Shown here: in pieces, positions 1-9,441 of the stretch
Layout of the letters: each line of letters begins with the position of its first letter
Position numbering within the stretch: the first letter of the stretch is position 1
Source of the DNA: a gamma proteobacterium HTCC2207
GTDB lineage: Bacteria > Pseudomonadota > Gammaproteobacteria > Pseudomonadales > Porticoccaceae
Direction: 5' to 3'
Length of the DNA stretch: 24,000 nt
Assembly (NCBI GenBank): GCA_905182275.1
Contig: CAJJAU010000016.1
Location: forward strand, 10,215 to 34,214
Made by a program: the position numbers and the translations under genes
Notes under the pieces: generated by a model
What the model saw: the letters and a program-made list of their open reading frames with translations, nothing else
Told to the model about the DNA's origin: nothing
The model's database searches: none

Positions 1-29
1 AAGCTACTTATAGCGCCCTGACTTGAGAA

Positions 30-1421
30 TCATCCCAGCCAGTAATAAACCACGCTGGTAATAACCACAATACCGATTAAGTTCAAAATAAAACCCTCTC
101 GAACCATCTGCTCTACAGTAATCTGGCCGGTACCAAAGACTATGGCATTTGGTCCAGTTGCTACCGGCAACATAAACGCACAGCTTGCTGACAAAGCTGC
201 CGGCAACATTAGTAGTGCAGGCTCAAAACCGGCGCCCAGCGACGCAGCGGCAAGAATTGGCATCAGCAGTGAAGTGGTAGCTGTATTACTGGTAATCTCG
301 GTTAAAAACGTCACCGCCAACGCGACCACACCGATAATGACGATAATTGATAACCGAGTTACGCTCGATAGCGATTCGCCGATGGCTGAACTAATGCCAG
401 TAATAGCGAACGCTTTGGCGATGGCGATACCCCCAGCAAATAATAGTAACACTCCCCAATGAATATTTGCGGCTGTATCCCAATCTAGTAACTTACCGCC
501 CTTACCATTAGGCACCAAAAACATTATGATCACGGCTGTTAGCGCAACCGCCGCATAATTAGCTGAAGGTACACCAAACCAAGACGTCCATCCACCAAAA
601 GGCTCACGCAAGGTAATCCAAGCTAAAGCGGTTAAACCAAAAATTAGCAGCACTCTGAACTCTTCCTGACGCCACCGTCCAACCTCAGGAATCTGTGCTG
701 ATTGGTCGCTCTTCAAATGTCGAGTTAGCCACAACCCAGCGGCAGGAATCATTACCACGACCACGGGTAATGCCCAAATCATCCACTGCAAAAAACTAGG
801 CATAGTGCCTGTTGCCTCAGCATAAACCTTAAGGAAAATTACGTTTGGTGGCGAACCAATAGGAGTACCCAGCCCACCAATGCTAGCAGAATAAGCGATG
901 CCTAAAAATAACGGCACTGCAAGCTTCCCTCTCTCATCGGGATGCTGAATACTGTCTAAGACGGCGTAGGCAACGGGCACTAACATTAATGTTGTAGCGG
1001 TGTTGGATACCCACATACTGAGCACCGCGGAGGCAACCATAAACCCAAAGACTAGGCTGCGCAGACTATCTCCACCAAAAAGATTCACCATAGCCAAAGC
1101 AATGCGTCGATGAGCGCCACTCTTCTCCATGGCTTTAGACAACATAGCACCCCCCATCAACAGAATAATAAGCGGATCACCATAGGCCTGGGCAACTTGT
1201 TTGCCATCAAGAATACCGACTAACGGCATGACTCCAAGTGGAATCATCGAGGTAGCCGGAATGGGGATAGGTTCGAATATCCACCACAGTGCACACAAGG
1301 CGGTAAGTCCCGCGGTCAGCGCACCCTCAATAGACCAGTTATAACTCAACATAGTCAGTGAAATAACCGTTCCCACTATGGGTGCTAGCCAAAGCATGTG
1401 GCGCTTAAGATTTTGATTCAA
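30..1421 (-). CDS. DASS/SLC13-family Na+-coupled anion symporter permease (substrate unknown)
   Basis: 463-aa polytopic hydrophobic ORF. It carries the duplicated SNT hairpin-tip motif typical of the DASS (VcINDY-type) fold: VSNTATTLMLVP and TSNTATTSLLMP. The TTG start at 1421 has a strong GGAGGAG Shine-Dalgarno about 6 nt upstream and overlaps the upstream stop (TTGA). An alternative ATG lies at 1397. Confidence 0.85.
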   Translation of the reverse strand: MNQNLKRHMLWLAPIVGTVISLTMLSYNWSIEGALTAGLTALCALWWIFEPIPIPATSMIPLGVMPLVGILDGKQVAQAYGDPLIILLMGGAMLSKAMEKSGAHRRIALAMVNLFGGDSLRSLVFGFMVASAVLSMWVSNTATTLMLVPVAYAVLDSIQHPDERGKLAVPLFLGIAYSASIGGLGTPIGSPPNVIFLKVYAEATGTMPSFLQWMIWALPVVVVMIPAAGLWLTRHLKSDQSAQIPEVGRWRQEEFRVLLIFGLTALAWITLREPFGGWTSWFGVPSANYAAVALTAVIIMFLVPNGKGGKLLDWDTAANIHWGVLLLFAGGIAIAKAFAITGISSAIGESLSSVTRLSIIVIIGVVALAVTFLTEITSNTATTSLLMPILAAASLGAGFEPALLMLPAALSASCAFMLPVATGPNAIVFGTGQITVEQMVREGFILNLIGIVVITSVVYYWLG

Positions 1422-1651
1422 TCGTTCTCCTCCAGTGCAAAGTCACCGCGCTCATATGCCAGAATAATATCCCTAGCTCTTGATTGGTCTAGATCATTAA
1501 CCATAATCGACAGGTGCCCTATAGCCGCTAATTCTCCTAAGCCTCCCTGCAGCGCAGCGCCCTGCAAAAATACTTGTAACCCGTCCTGCTCAATCAAGTC
1601 TCTAAGTAATTGAGCTTCGAAATAGTCACTTCCTCGATAAATAGAGATCAT
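1418..1651 (-). CDS. DUF2007-like small protein (putative signal-transducing protein family, function unknown)
   Basis: 77-aa soluble ORF. Its pattern (short N-terminal strand, EAQLLRDLIEQDGLQVFLQG..LQGGLGEL, acidic C-terminus) matches my recollection of the DUF2007 family. Its ATG overlaps the VanZ-like stop (ATGA at 1648-1651), and its TGA overlaps the permease TTG. Confidence 0.65.
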   Translation of the reverse strand: MISIYRGSDYFEAQLLRDLIEQDGLQVFLQGAALQGGLGELAAIGHLSIMVNDLDQSRARDIILAYERGDFALEEND

Positions 1652-1998
1652 GGATTTCGTTGTTGTACCAGATGCATAGTCGCTACGGTAACAATTCCTA
1701 AACTGTTCGCGACGACATCCAAGGGGTCACCGAAGCGATAACCCGTTATTGACTGAGCAATCTCCAACCCTAAACCAAACGCAACTAAGCTGAATCCAAT
1801 TGTCCAGATAGAGTGGCTGTCACCATAAGATCTAATAGCCAAGAAACACAGTGCACCGTGCGCAACAAAATGATGCACCTTGTCTTGCCAAGAGAATAAC
1901 TCGAGCATTGGTGAGGACACTGGCAATAACGATAGTAATAAAATAGTAATTAAAGCTACCCACAACAGTCCTTTGTAAATATTACTCGCGATCATCAT
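1648..1998 (-). CDS. VanZ-like family membrane protein
   Basis: 116 aa with about 4 hydrophobic segments. It has the VanZ-type motifs DKVHHF and LEIAQ..G.R..D..DV.AN..G. Tandem ATG ATG at 1998/1995 lies inside the last codons of murU, a 17- or 14-nt overlap. Confidence 0.7.
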   Translation of the reverse strand: MMIASNIYKGLLWVALITILLLSLLPVSSPMLELFSWQDKVHHFVAHGALCFLAIRSYGDSHSIWTIGFSLVAFGLGLEIAQSITGYRFGDPLDVVANSLGIVTVATMHLVQQRNP

Positions 1999-2668
1999 TC
2001 TCCATAATCCTCTGAGTTAAAGTGTTATATCTTTCAATGGTACCAACATCACACCAGTCTCCCGCAAAAACTTCTCCGCTAACTCGACTGGCCAGAATTG
2101 CTGTTCTCAGGATATCTCTCAGTGGAAACTCTTTTGCAACGGGCTTTAAAGATTCAAATAGTTCAGGAGAAAGAAGGCTTATACCACTATAGGTATAACG
2201 AGGTTCTTCGTAGCCTACAATACTACCAGTCAAAGAGAAGTCGCCGCTAGGATTATGCTCGGGGTTCTTGGTCAAAAAAAGGTGGGCTGAATGATCCAGC
2301 GCTATGCTGCGATTGAGTACGTCAGTAAAAGATAAATCAGTCCAAATGTCAGCGCTGATGAGCACAAATGGATCACTCCCAAGAAGTGGCAAAGCATTAA
2401 AAACACCTCCACCTGTCTCTAAGGGTGCGTCCTCACGAGACCACATGATATTGATACCAAACTGCTGGCCATTGCCAAAATAGTCCTCTATTTGACTAGC
2501 CAGCCAAGAGGTATTTACGACAACCTCATGGATGCCTGCATCGGCAAGTTTTTCAAAATGCCACTGCAATAAGGGCTTTCCGCCCACCTTCAGCATTGGT
2601 TTGGGCAACTGATTCGTCAGTGGCCGCAATCGAGAGCCTAAACCAGCGGCTAAAATCATCGCCTTCAT
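1982..2668 (-). CDS. murU: N-acetylmuramate alpha-1-phosphate uridylyltransferase
   Basis: 228 aa. The N-terminal nucleotidyltransferase loop is MKAMILAAGLGSRLRPLT..PKPML. The PLETGGG and WTD segments closely resemble Pseudomonas MurU as I recall it. The gene sits immediately downstream of amgK with a TAATG stop/start overlap at 2668. Confidence 0.8.
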   Translation of the reverse strand: MKAMILAAGLGSRLRPLTNQLPKPMLKVGGKPLLQWHFEKLADAGIHEVVVNTSWLASQIEDYFGNGQQFGINIMWSREDAPLETGGGVFNALPLLGSDPFVLISADIWTDLSFTDVLNRSIALDHSAHLFLTKNPEHNPSGDFSLTGSIVGYEEPRYTYSGISLLSPELFESLKPVAKEFPLRDILRTAILASRVSGEVFAGDWCDVGTIERYNTLTQRIMENDDRE

Positions 2669-3735
2669 TAAAATTTATCCCGATTAGTTAAATCTGCTGA
2701 GGAAAATTGATGATTATCGCTATACCAACTGTGTGACCGCAAATGAGGCGTAATTTTAGTCTCAAACCACTGTCCAAATACGGCGGCCTCCGGGTATCTC
2801 GCAACCACATCTAGAACGTACGCAATAACCAAAGGAAGATCATGTAAGTAACCCGTCTTTCCATCTCGTAGCGCCAAGCGCGCAAAAATACCCATTACCT
2901 TGATGTGTCGATGTAGCCCCATGAGGTCAAACCAGCGTAAAAATGTCTGCTCATCCACCCCTGCCATCAACTGACTATCCTCTAATCGCTTCCTATAACT
3001 TAAGACTCTTGACTCGACTAATTCACGCGGCCACGTTACATAGCAGTCTTTAAGGAGAGAGACTAAATCATAGGTGACCGGTCCAATGACTGCATCTTGG
3101 AAATCAATCACAGCCAACTTTTTGTCATCCACAACCATGAGGTTTCGAGAATGATAGTCCCTGTGCACAATGACCTGTGGTTGTGAAAGAGCGCTAGTGA
3201 TTAAATCGGTACAGAGTGTATCAAGCATATTTTTAGCGTGTTTATCTATGGATATTCCTAGTAGTTTTTTGACAAACCAGGCAGCGAAAAGATCAAATTC
3301 TTGGGCGAGCGAAGCCTTTTCATATATTGGAAAGATCTGGGTATCCGGCGCTGAATTTTGAATCGACAGCAACATTAGCTCGGCTTGACCATAGAGTTTG
3401 TCAACGGTCTCATCATTTAATAGAGGCTGCATTAACTGCTCGCCTAGGTCTTCCAGTAACAAAAAACCTCGACTGAAATCAACCGCATAAAGATGGGGCC
3501 TTCTGATCCCTCGAGCGTTTAATGCTAGTGAAATCTGGACGTAAGCCAGATTATTTTCTTTGCTGGGAGGTGAATCTACAGCGATCATACTAGGAATGGT
3601 ATTAAGTCGATAGTAGCGCCGAAAGCCCGCGTCACCGGCAAGACCCTGCAACTCTAAAGTTCCCTGAAGATCATTTTTTTCAGGTAAATAGGTCAAGATC
3701 CATTCTGTTAACTGACGCCGCTTTTCTTTATTCAA
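2668..3735 (-). CDS. amgK: N-acetylmuramate/N-acetylglucosamine anomeric kinase (aminoglycoside-phosphotransferase fold)
   Basis: 355 aa with APH/choline-kinase-type catalytic motifs VHRDYHSRNLMV and IDFQDA, plus N-terminal GDAGFRRYYR and LLLEDLG. It is paired with murU and divergent from lptD, as in Pseudomonas (PA0596/PA0597 next to lptD). The apparent start is TTG at 3735 with only a weak SD, so the exact start is uncertain. Confidence 0.8.
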   Translation of the reverse strand: MNKEKRRQLTEWILTYLPEKNDLQGTLELQGLAGDAGFRRYYRLNTIPSMIAVDSPPSKENNLAYVQISLALNARGIRRPHLYAVDFSRGFLLLEDLGEQLMQPLLNDETVDKLYGQAELMLLSIQNSAPDTQIFPIYEKASLAQEFDLFAAWFVKKLLGISIDKHAKNMLDTLCTDLITSALSQPQVIVHRDYHSRNLMVVDDKKLAVIDFQDAVIGPVTYDLVSLLKDCYVTWPRELVESRVLSYRKRLEDSQLMAGVDEQTFLRWFDLMGLHRHIKVMGIFARLALRDGKTGYLHDLPLVIAYVLDVVARYPEAAVFGQWFETKITPHLRSHSWYSDNHQFSSADLTNRDKF

Positions 3736-3925
3736 ATGGTTAATACCTATATCAAAATAATGGTTTATTCGTCAGGCACCAAAGTAATAATTATTCTTTG
3801 GTGAAAAAAAACACTTTTAACCGATTTAGATGAATTCACAGCCCTACCCGTTAAATATATCAGGTAAGATAATGGCTAGGTAATTACACTGTTAATCGAA
3901 GGTCACTATACTAGTAAAGCACTCT
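3736..3925. promoter_or_regulatory. Divergent promoter/operator region between amgK (minus) and lptD (plus)
   Basis: This is a 190-bp AT-rich spacer between divergent starts. It contains a perfect inverted repeat CACCAAAG-N11-CTTTGGTG at 3777-3803 followed by A8. A possible lptD sigma70-like pair is TTCACA (3835-3840), N17, TATCAG (3858-3863). No transcription start is known. Confidence 0.4.
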
Positions 3926-6379
3926 ATGTTAACTCGAATTAACCACTATTTTCTATCTACTCTAGCTATTACTTTTGGCTTGTCTGGCACTGTTTTCGCA
4001 ATGGACATTGCGCCTGCGCTAAAAAAATCTGAGACCCATAAAACACTGTCTACTCACACCTTGGACTGGGTACAGACCATTAACATGACTGCACAGCAAC
4101 AAAAGCGGTATAGCAATACGTCCTGTGGCGCATTCATAGAGCCTCGCTATAATAATGAAGATACAGACGTAGATATGCAAGATGCACCGCTACGCGTAAC
4201 AGCAGACTCAACCAAGGCCTCATCGGATAAGATTGCTTTACTTGAGGGCGATGTGCAAATATCTCAGGGCAATCGTCAAATTAAAAGTGACTTCGCCATA
4301 ATTGACCAAAATGCACAAAAAGTCTCTCTGCAGGGTAATGTGGAATTTCGTGAGCCAGGACTTTTACTGACGGGAGAGGATGCTTATGTCGACGTTGCTA
4401 ACAGCAATGTAACAATTAATGATGCAACTTACGTTATTCACGCATCGTCAATAAGAGGTACTGCCAAAAAGCTCAGCAAATCTGATCAGGGCGATATCGT
4501 CATTGATGAGGCATCCTACACGACCTGCGCACCTGGCGACTCTAGCTGGCAACTGGTTACTAAGCAGATCGAAATTGATCAAGAATCGGGCTGGGCAACC
4601 ATTAAAAATGCTCGCTTTGAAATAAAAGACATTCCAGTGTTTTACTTTCCCTATATTAAATTTCCAATAGATGACCGTCGGTCTTCTGGATTATTGATCC
4701 CCGACGTAAATATTAACCAAGAAAATGGCCTGGATATTACCCAACCCATTTATTGGAATATTGCCCAAAACTATGACTCAACGATTTCACCTCGGTATGT
4801 GCAGCATCGCGGTTCCGGCATAGAAGCTAACTTTCGTCACCTTAATAACTGGTCGAAAAGCACAGTCTCAGGGGCTTTTCTGGGCAATGACAAGGGTGGA
4901 GACAATGATGATGAAATTAGTCCTGTTACTGGCCTGTATCCCTATGAGGGTGAAGATCGCTACATGTTTAATTTTAATCATGCTGGTGGTGCAGGCAGTC
5001 CTTGGTCGACTTTGGTCGACTACAACAAGGTGAGTGATGCTGACTATGTGCGCGATCTAGGTAACATGACTATTGATGAGACTAGCAAAACACATATACA
5101 GCAACGTGCCTACGCCAGCTATGAGACCGAACATTGGAACTACCGAATCGCAAGCGAAGACTATCAAACTATCACCCGTGGACTGGCCGATCAATATTCT
5201 ATTCTTCCGCGCGTCGCAGTCGAGGGTTATTATCGTTTTTCCAATAACCTAGTGATTAACTTAAATAATCAATACTCGGTCTTTAGGCACACTAACCCTA
5301 ATAAAGTAGAAGGTAATCGCAGCCGTGTTGACTATAGCCTAACCTGGGATCGGCGCTGGGCTTGGGGCTACTTTAAACCCAAAGTACAATTAAAACATCT
5401 GGCCTATAAGCTTAACCAACTCCCCGGGATACAACCTCTTGTCACAGATCAGAGTCCTGCGGTTACTGTTCCAGTCTACAGCGTTGACACAGGCATCTTT
5501 TTTGAGCGTAAGTTGAACTGGCTAAATGGGGCCACACAGACATTTGAGCCTAGGCTAATGTATCTGCGCTCAGCCTATAAGGATCAATCGGCACTGCCTG
5601 ATTTCGATACTCGGGAGTTCACTCCCTCATATGACCTATTATTTCGCGACACTCGGTTCGTTGGTGGTGATAGAATTTCCGATGATAAGCGTCTAACGGC
5701 TGGAGTGACCACGCGGCTTATTGACCCAAGTTCAGGCCAAGAGCGATTTCGTGCCAGCATAGCCCAATCGGTTTACTATGCAGATCGAAGGGTTATGTTG
5801 ACCACTGCGCCATTTGCCGAAGAATTCGCTGAAATGGGTCGTGATAGATCGGTTATTGCTCTAGAGCTGGCCGCCAGAGTCACTAACAATTGGCGCTTTA
5901 CCAGCGACATTGTCTATGACGACTTGGACAACCACCTTGAAAAGACTGGGTTTAGTGCTCGCTATAATGATCGAAAAAAACGAATTTTTAACTTCAGTTA
6001 TCGATATACTAGAAGGGCCGCGAGAGAATATGATGGCCAGCTAGTTGACCAAAATATAAAGCAAACTAACATTTCAGGCTTCGTGCCCCTGACACCAAAT
6101 TTGAATTTGGTGGGACGATGGAATCATGATTTTACTAATCATAGGGAACTAGAGATCTTTGCTGGGTTCGAATACCACAACTGTTGTTGGCGAACCTCTC
6201 TTTTTGCATTCCGATCCCTGCGACGTGATGACGATTTTCTACTTCCAGAAGAGGAGCTAAAAGCCAGAAATGGCTTTGCCTTCAAAATTGAATTTAAAGG
6301 TCTAGGTGGCAGCAGTAATCGCGTAGACACAATGTTAAATAATGGTATTTATGGTTATGAACATAATGAAAACTTTTAA
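3926..6379 (+). CDS. lptD: LPS-assembly outer-membrane protein LptD
   Basis: 817 aa with an N-terminal signal peptide (..GLSGTVFA/MD) and an OstA-like N-terminal domain followed by a large beta-barrel. The four-cysteine pattern matches LptD: two N-terminal Cys (NTSCGAF, YTTCAPGD) and a C-terminal CC pair (YHNCCWRT). It sits upstream of surA as in E. coli and Pseudomonas. Confidence 0.95.
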   Translation: MLTRINHYFLSTLAITFGLSGTVFAMDIAPALKKSETHKTLSTHTLDWVQTINMTAQQQKRYSNTSCGAFIEPRYNNEDTDVDMQDAPLRVTADSTKASSDKIALLEGDVQISQGNRQIKSDFAIIDQNAQKVSLQGNVEFREPGLLLTGEDAYVDVANSNVTINDATYVIHASSIRGTAKKLSKSDQGDIVIDEASYTTCAPGDSSWQLVTKQIEIDQESGWATIKNARFEIKDIPVFYFPYIKFPIDDRRSSGLLIPDVNINQENGLDITQPIYWNIAQNYDSTISPRYVQHRGSGIEANFRHLNNWSKSTVSGAFLGNDKGGDNDDEISPVTGLYPYEGEDRYMFNFNHAGGAGSPWSTLVDYNKVSDADYVRDLGNMTIDETSKTHIQQRAYASYETEHWNYRIASEDYQTITRGLADQYSILPRVAVEGYYRFSNNLVINLNNQYSVFRHTNPNKVEGNRSRVDYSLTWDRRWAWGYFKPKVQLKHLAYKLNQLPGIQPLVTDQSPAVTVPVYSVDTGIFFERKLNWLNGATQTFEPRLMYLRSAYKDQSALPDFDTREFTPSYDLLFRDTRFVGGDRISDDKRLTAGVTTRLIDPSSGQERFRASIAQSVYYADRRVMLTTAPFAEEFAEMGRDRSVIALELAARVTNNWRFTSDIVYDDLDNHLEKTGFSARYNDRKKRIFNFSYRYTRRAAREYDGQLVDQNIKQTNISGFVPLTPNLNLVGRWNHDFTNHRELEIFAGFEYHNCCWRTSLFAFRSLRRDDDFLLPEEELKARNGFAFKIEFKGLGGSSNRVDTMLNNGIYGYEHNENF

Positions 6380-7673
6380 AAAATTAACGTCTCTTACAGC
6401 AGTCGCTCTAATCGTGCTGTTTCTCTCACTCCAAGTAACAGCTCAGGTCAAAGTGTTAGATAAAATAGTTGCTATCGTCGATGATGACGTCGTCCTTAAA
6501 AGCGAACTAGACCAACGTATGGATGCTATTGTGGCTCAGTTAACGCAATCTGGCACTCAGATGCCTCCTCAAGAGATACTTGAGCAACAAGTCCTCGATA
6601 GGCTTATTTCAGAACGTTTGCAGTTAACCATGGGATATGACTCCGGCGTCCGAATATCTGATGAAGAACTCAACCAAGCCGTTGCTCGAATTGCGGCCAG
6701 TAATAAAATTTCGGTGGCACAGTATATCGAGCAAATTACTTTACAAGGATCAAGTATCACTTCGATGCGAGAAGAAATCCGCAATGAACTCACCATTATG
6801 AGAGTACAGCAAGGCAAAGTAATGCGGCGCATAAGGATCAGTGAGCAAGAATTAGACAATTTCTTAAAATCTGAAGACGGCCGCTTTGTCACTTCACCTG
6901 ACGTGAATATCGGGCAAATCTTGCTGTCCATATCCAGTGATTCTACTAAAGATGCCATTGATGAAGTGGTCGGGCGCGCTCAGTTACTGTTTAATCAGGT
7001 TGAACAGGGTGCAGACTTCAGAGCCTTAGCCATTGCTAATTCCGCAGATCAATCCGCCCTTCAAGGAGGCGACTTAGGTTGGAGAAAAATGGCTCAGTTA
7101 CCCGGTGTTTTTATTGAAGCCGTCGAAAAACTAGAGCTCGGTAAAGTATCTCAGCCTATCCGCAGTGCTGCGGGTTACCACTTAATTAAATTGTATGAAC
7201 GTCGCGGAGGCGAGGAGCAACTGGTCGAGCAGCACTTTGCCCGCCATATTTTGATCAAGCCTAATCAAATTCGCGATCAGCAAACGACAATTGATCAACT
7301 CGGTAAATTGCGCGAAAGAAGCCTGGCCGGAGAAGATTTTGCAATCTTGGCCAAAGAATTCTCTGAAGATCCAGGTTCTGCCCTTAGCGGTGGGGAACTA
7401 GGCTGGTCGACGCCTGGCATGTTTGTTCCTGAGTTTGAGCAGACAATGAGCACCATTGCTATCAATGATATAAGCGCACCATTTTCATCCCAGTTTGGCT
7501 GGCACATTCTTCAGGTAACAGAGCGGCGCCAACAAGATTTCAGTAGTGAGATTCTGCGTAACAAGGCGCAAAATATGCTTCGACAAAGAAAATATGAGGA
7601 AGAATTACAGGTCTGGCTGCAAGAAATTCGTGATGAGGCCTTTATCGAGATCAAACAGACACCGGCATCATGA
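6366..7673 (+). CDS. surA: Periplasmic chaperone / peptidyl-prolyl isomerase SurA
   Basis: Two parvulin PPIase domains, each with GGDLGW/GGELGW and H-I-L motifs. The signal peptide [27 protein letters not shown] argues for the ATG at 6366. The ORF track starts at 6342, and in-frame ATGs also occur at 6351 and 6357. The chosen start overlaps the lptD 3' end by 14 nt. Confidence 0.92.
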   Translation: MKTFKKLTSLTAVALIVLFLSLQVTAQVKVLDKIVAIVDDDVVLKSELDQRMDAIVAQLTQSGTQMPPQEILEQQVLDRLISERLQLTMGYDSGVRISDEELNQAVARIAASNKISVAQYIEQITLQGSSITSMREEIRNELTIMRVQQGKVMRRIRISEQELDNFLKSEDGRFVTSPDVNIGQILLSISSDSTKDAIDEVVGRAQLLFNQVEQGADFRALAIANSADQSALQGGDLGWRKMAQLPGVFIEAVEKLELGKVSQPIRSAAGYHLIKLYERRGGEEQLVEQHFARHILIKPNQIRDQQTTIDQLGKLRERSLAGEDFAILAKEFSEDPGSALSGGELGWSTPGMFVPEFEQTMSTIAINDISAPFSSQFGWHILQVTERRQQDFSSEILRNKAQNMLRQRKYEEELQVWLQEIRDEAFIEIKQTPAS

Positions 7674-8641
7674 CGATTAGTCTGGCACTGACACCTGGAG
7701 AACCCGCGGGCGTCGGACCTGACCTATTGATAGAGCTGGCTCAGCAAAAGCATGAACAACAGCTTATCGCTTTTGCTGATCCCGATATGTTACTGCAGCG
7801 GGCCCGCCGATTGAAGCTTCCACTAAAATTAGTTGAACCAGATGCTCTTCGCGCCGGTTCGGCAGCTGGCGAGCTCGCTATCGTTCCGGTTGCTTTAGCA
7901 GAGCCCGCTGTGCCAGGACTATTAAATGTCGCTAATAGCCCTTATATTCTCAGTTGCTTAGACCAAGCTATTGAGGCCTGCCAGAGTAACTACTGCCAGG
8001 GTATGGTCACTGGGCCAATTCATAAGTCAGTCATTAATGATGCTGGTATCAGCTTTAGCGGGCATACCGAATACCTAGCACAGAAAACCAATACCAAAAC
8101 CGTGGTCATGATGCTTGCTACCGAAGAGTTACGTGTTGCACTTGTCACTACACATTTGCCATTAAAAGACGTATCAGAAGCCATTAATCGAGAATTATTA
8201 ACATCGGTGATCAATATCCTGCATCATGATTTAAAGACTAAATTTGGTATTGATACCCCACGCATTTTAGTTAGCGGCCTCAACCCGCACGCAGGGGAGT
8301 CGGGACACTTAGGGCGAGAGGAGATTGACGTTATTGAGCCCGTTTTAGAAAAATTGTGTGAGACTGGTATGCACCTTATAGGGCCACTGCCGGCAGATAC
8401 TCTCTTTACTCCAAAATACCTAAGAACCGCTGATGCAGTATTAGCCATGTATCATGATCAAGGGCTGCCAGTCCTGAAGTATCATGGCTTCGGTAGAGCT
8501 GCCAACATCACCCTCGGGCTTCCAATCATCAGAACATCGGTTGACCACGGCACAGCGCTTGATATCGCCGGAACTGGACGCGCAGACTCTGGTAGTTTGC
8601 GGACAGCAATAAATGTCGCAACCCAAATGGCCTCTCATTAA
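7670..8641 (+). CDS. pdxA: 4-hydroxythreonine-4-phosphate dehydrogenase
   Basis: 323 aa with PdxA motifs [27 protein letters not shown] and [12 protein letters not shown]. Its start makes an ATGA overlap with the surA stop. Confidence 0.95.
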   Translation: MTISLALTPGEPAGVGPDLLIELAQQKHEQQLIAFADPDMLLQRARRLKLPLKLVEPDALRAGSAAGELAIVPVALAEPAVPGLLNVANSPYILSCLDQAIEACQSNYCQGMVTGPIHKSVINDAGISFSGHTEYLAQKTNTKTVVMMLATEELRVALVTTHLPLKDVSEAINRELLTSVINILHHDLKTKFGIDTPRILVSGLNPHAGESGHLGREEIDVIEPVLEKLCETGMHLIGPLPADTLFTPKYLRTADAVLAMYHDQGLPVLKYHGFGRAANITLGLPIIRTSVDHGTALDIAGTGRADSGSLRTAINVATQMASH

Positions 8642-9441
8642 TGACTATTGACCATAAAGCACGCAAAAGATTCGGACAAAATTTTCTTATTGATCAGCAA
8701 ATTATTGGCCAAATCGTATCGGCCGTTGGTGCAAAACCGGAGGACAATTTAATTGAGATTGGACCCGGCACTGCGGCCATTACAGAACATCTGGTGAAGA
8801 CTTGTCCGAACATGAATCTACTTGAGTTAGATCGTGATTTAGTAAGCTTTCTTAGCAAGAAATTTTCTGACTATCCAGGGCTTACCATTAACAATGGCGA
8901 TGCCTTAAATACAGATTTCTCCGCCTTCTATGATGGTCGGCCCTTGCGCTTGGTGGGAAACCTGCCATACAACATATCTACGCCTCTTCTTTTTCACCTG
9001 CTAACCATAGGGCATCTGATTAAGGATATGCACTTCATGTTGCAAAGGGAGGTTGTCGATCGTCTGGGGGCGTCTCCAGGGAATAAGACCTATGGCCGCC
9101 TGTCAGTGATGATTCAATATCACTGTCGAGTGATGCCACTGATACCGGTTCCGCCAGAATCCTTTCGGCCAGCGCCCAAGGTTCAGTCGGCCGTAGTTAG
9201 ACTAAAACCTCATGTTGTGAAACCCTTTATAGCGGACAACGAAATTTTACTCAGCAAATTAGTCAACGTGTGCTTCCAACAGCGCAGAAAAACCCTGCGC
9301 AACTGTCTGAAGTCTTATGGGGACTATCTGCAAGAGCTAGACACCTTAATAGACCTATCCAAACGACCTGAACAACTTTCTGTTAAAGACTTTGTGATAA
9401 TAGCAAACGCGGTTCAACTCAGCATGGACGCCAAAGGATGA
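8641..9441 (+). CDS. rsmA: 16S rRNA (adenine1518/1519-N6)-dimethyltransferase
   Basis: 266 aa with KsgA motifs RFGQNFL, the SAM-binding EIGPGTAAIT, and NLPYNISTP. Its start makes a TAATG overlap with the pdxA stop. Confidence 0.95.
   Translation: MTIDHKARKRFGQNFLIDQQIIGQIVSAVGAKPEDNLIEIGPGTAAITEHLVKTCPNMNLLELDRDLVSFLSKKFSDYPGLTINNGDALNTDFSAFYDGRPLRLVGNLPYNISTPLLFHLLTIGHLIKDMHFMLQREVVDRLGASPGNKTYGRLSVMIQYHCRVMPLIPVPPESFRPAPKVQSAVVRLKPHVVKPFIADNEILLSKLVNVCFQQRRKTLRNCLKSYGDYLQELDTLIDLSKRPEQLSVKDFVIIANAVQLSMDAKG

Noticed and set aside
142-462. 106-aa plus-strand ORF; also 1398-1613 (+) and 3170-3361 (+)
   Set aside because: These are antisense to the DASS permease, the DUF2007 gene and amgK respectively. 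Their Ala/Ser/Pro-rich products have no motifs.
3736-3804. 22-codon plus-strand ORF (MVNTYIKIMVYSSGTKVIIILW) in the amgK-lptD spacer
   Set aside because: It has no SD, its composition is driven by AT-rich sequence, and it ends inside the inverted repeat. It is indistinguishable from a chance ORF without conservation or ribosome-profiling data.
5008-5030. Short direct repeat TGGTCGAC..TGGTCGAC within lptD, and several A7/T7 homopolymers (for example 2274-2280, 3674-3680, 5975-5981)
   Set aside because: All lie in-frame within intact coding sequence with no frameshift. They are too short to indicate slippage or phase variation.
6569-6958. 129-aa minus-strand ORF inside surA
   Set aside because: It is antisense to a well-supported surA coding region. 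The Ser/Cys/Ile-rich product has no recognisable motif.
8020-8638. Three minus-strand ORFs of 64-74 aa inside pdxA; similar short ORFs at 6139-6330, 7295-7507, 9419-9607, 9633-9815 and 10411-10611
   Set aside because: All are antisense to strongly supported plus-strand genes (lptD, surA, pdxA, rsmA, apaG, apaH). They sit at the minimum length threshold and have no SD or homology.
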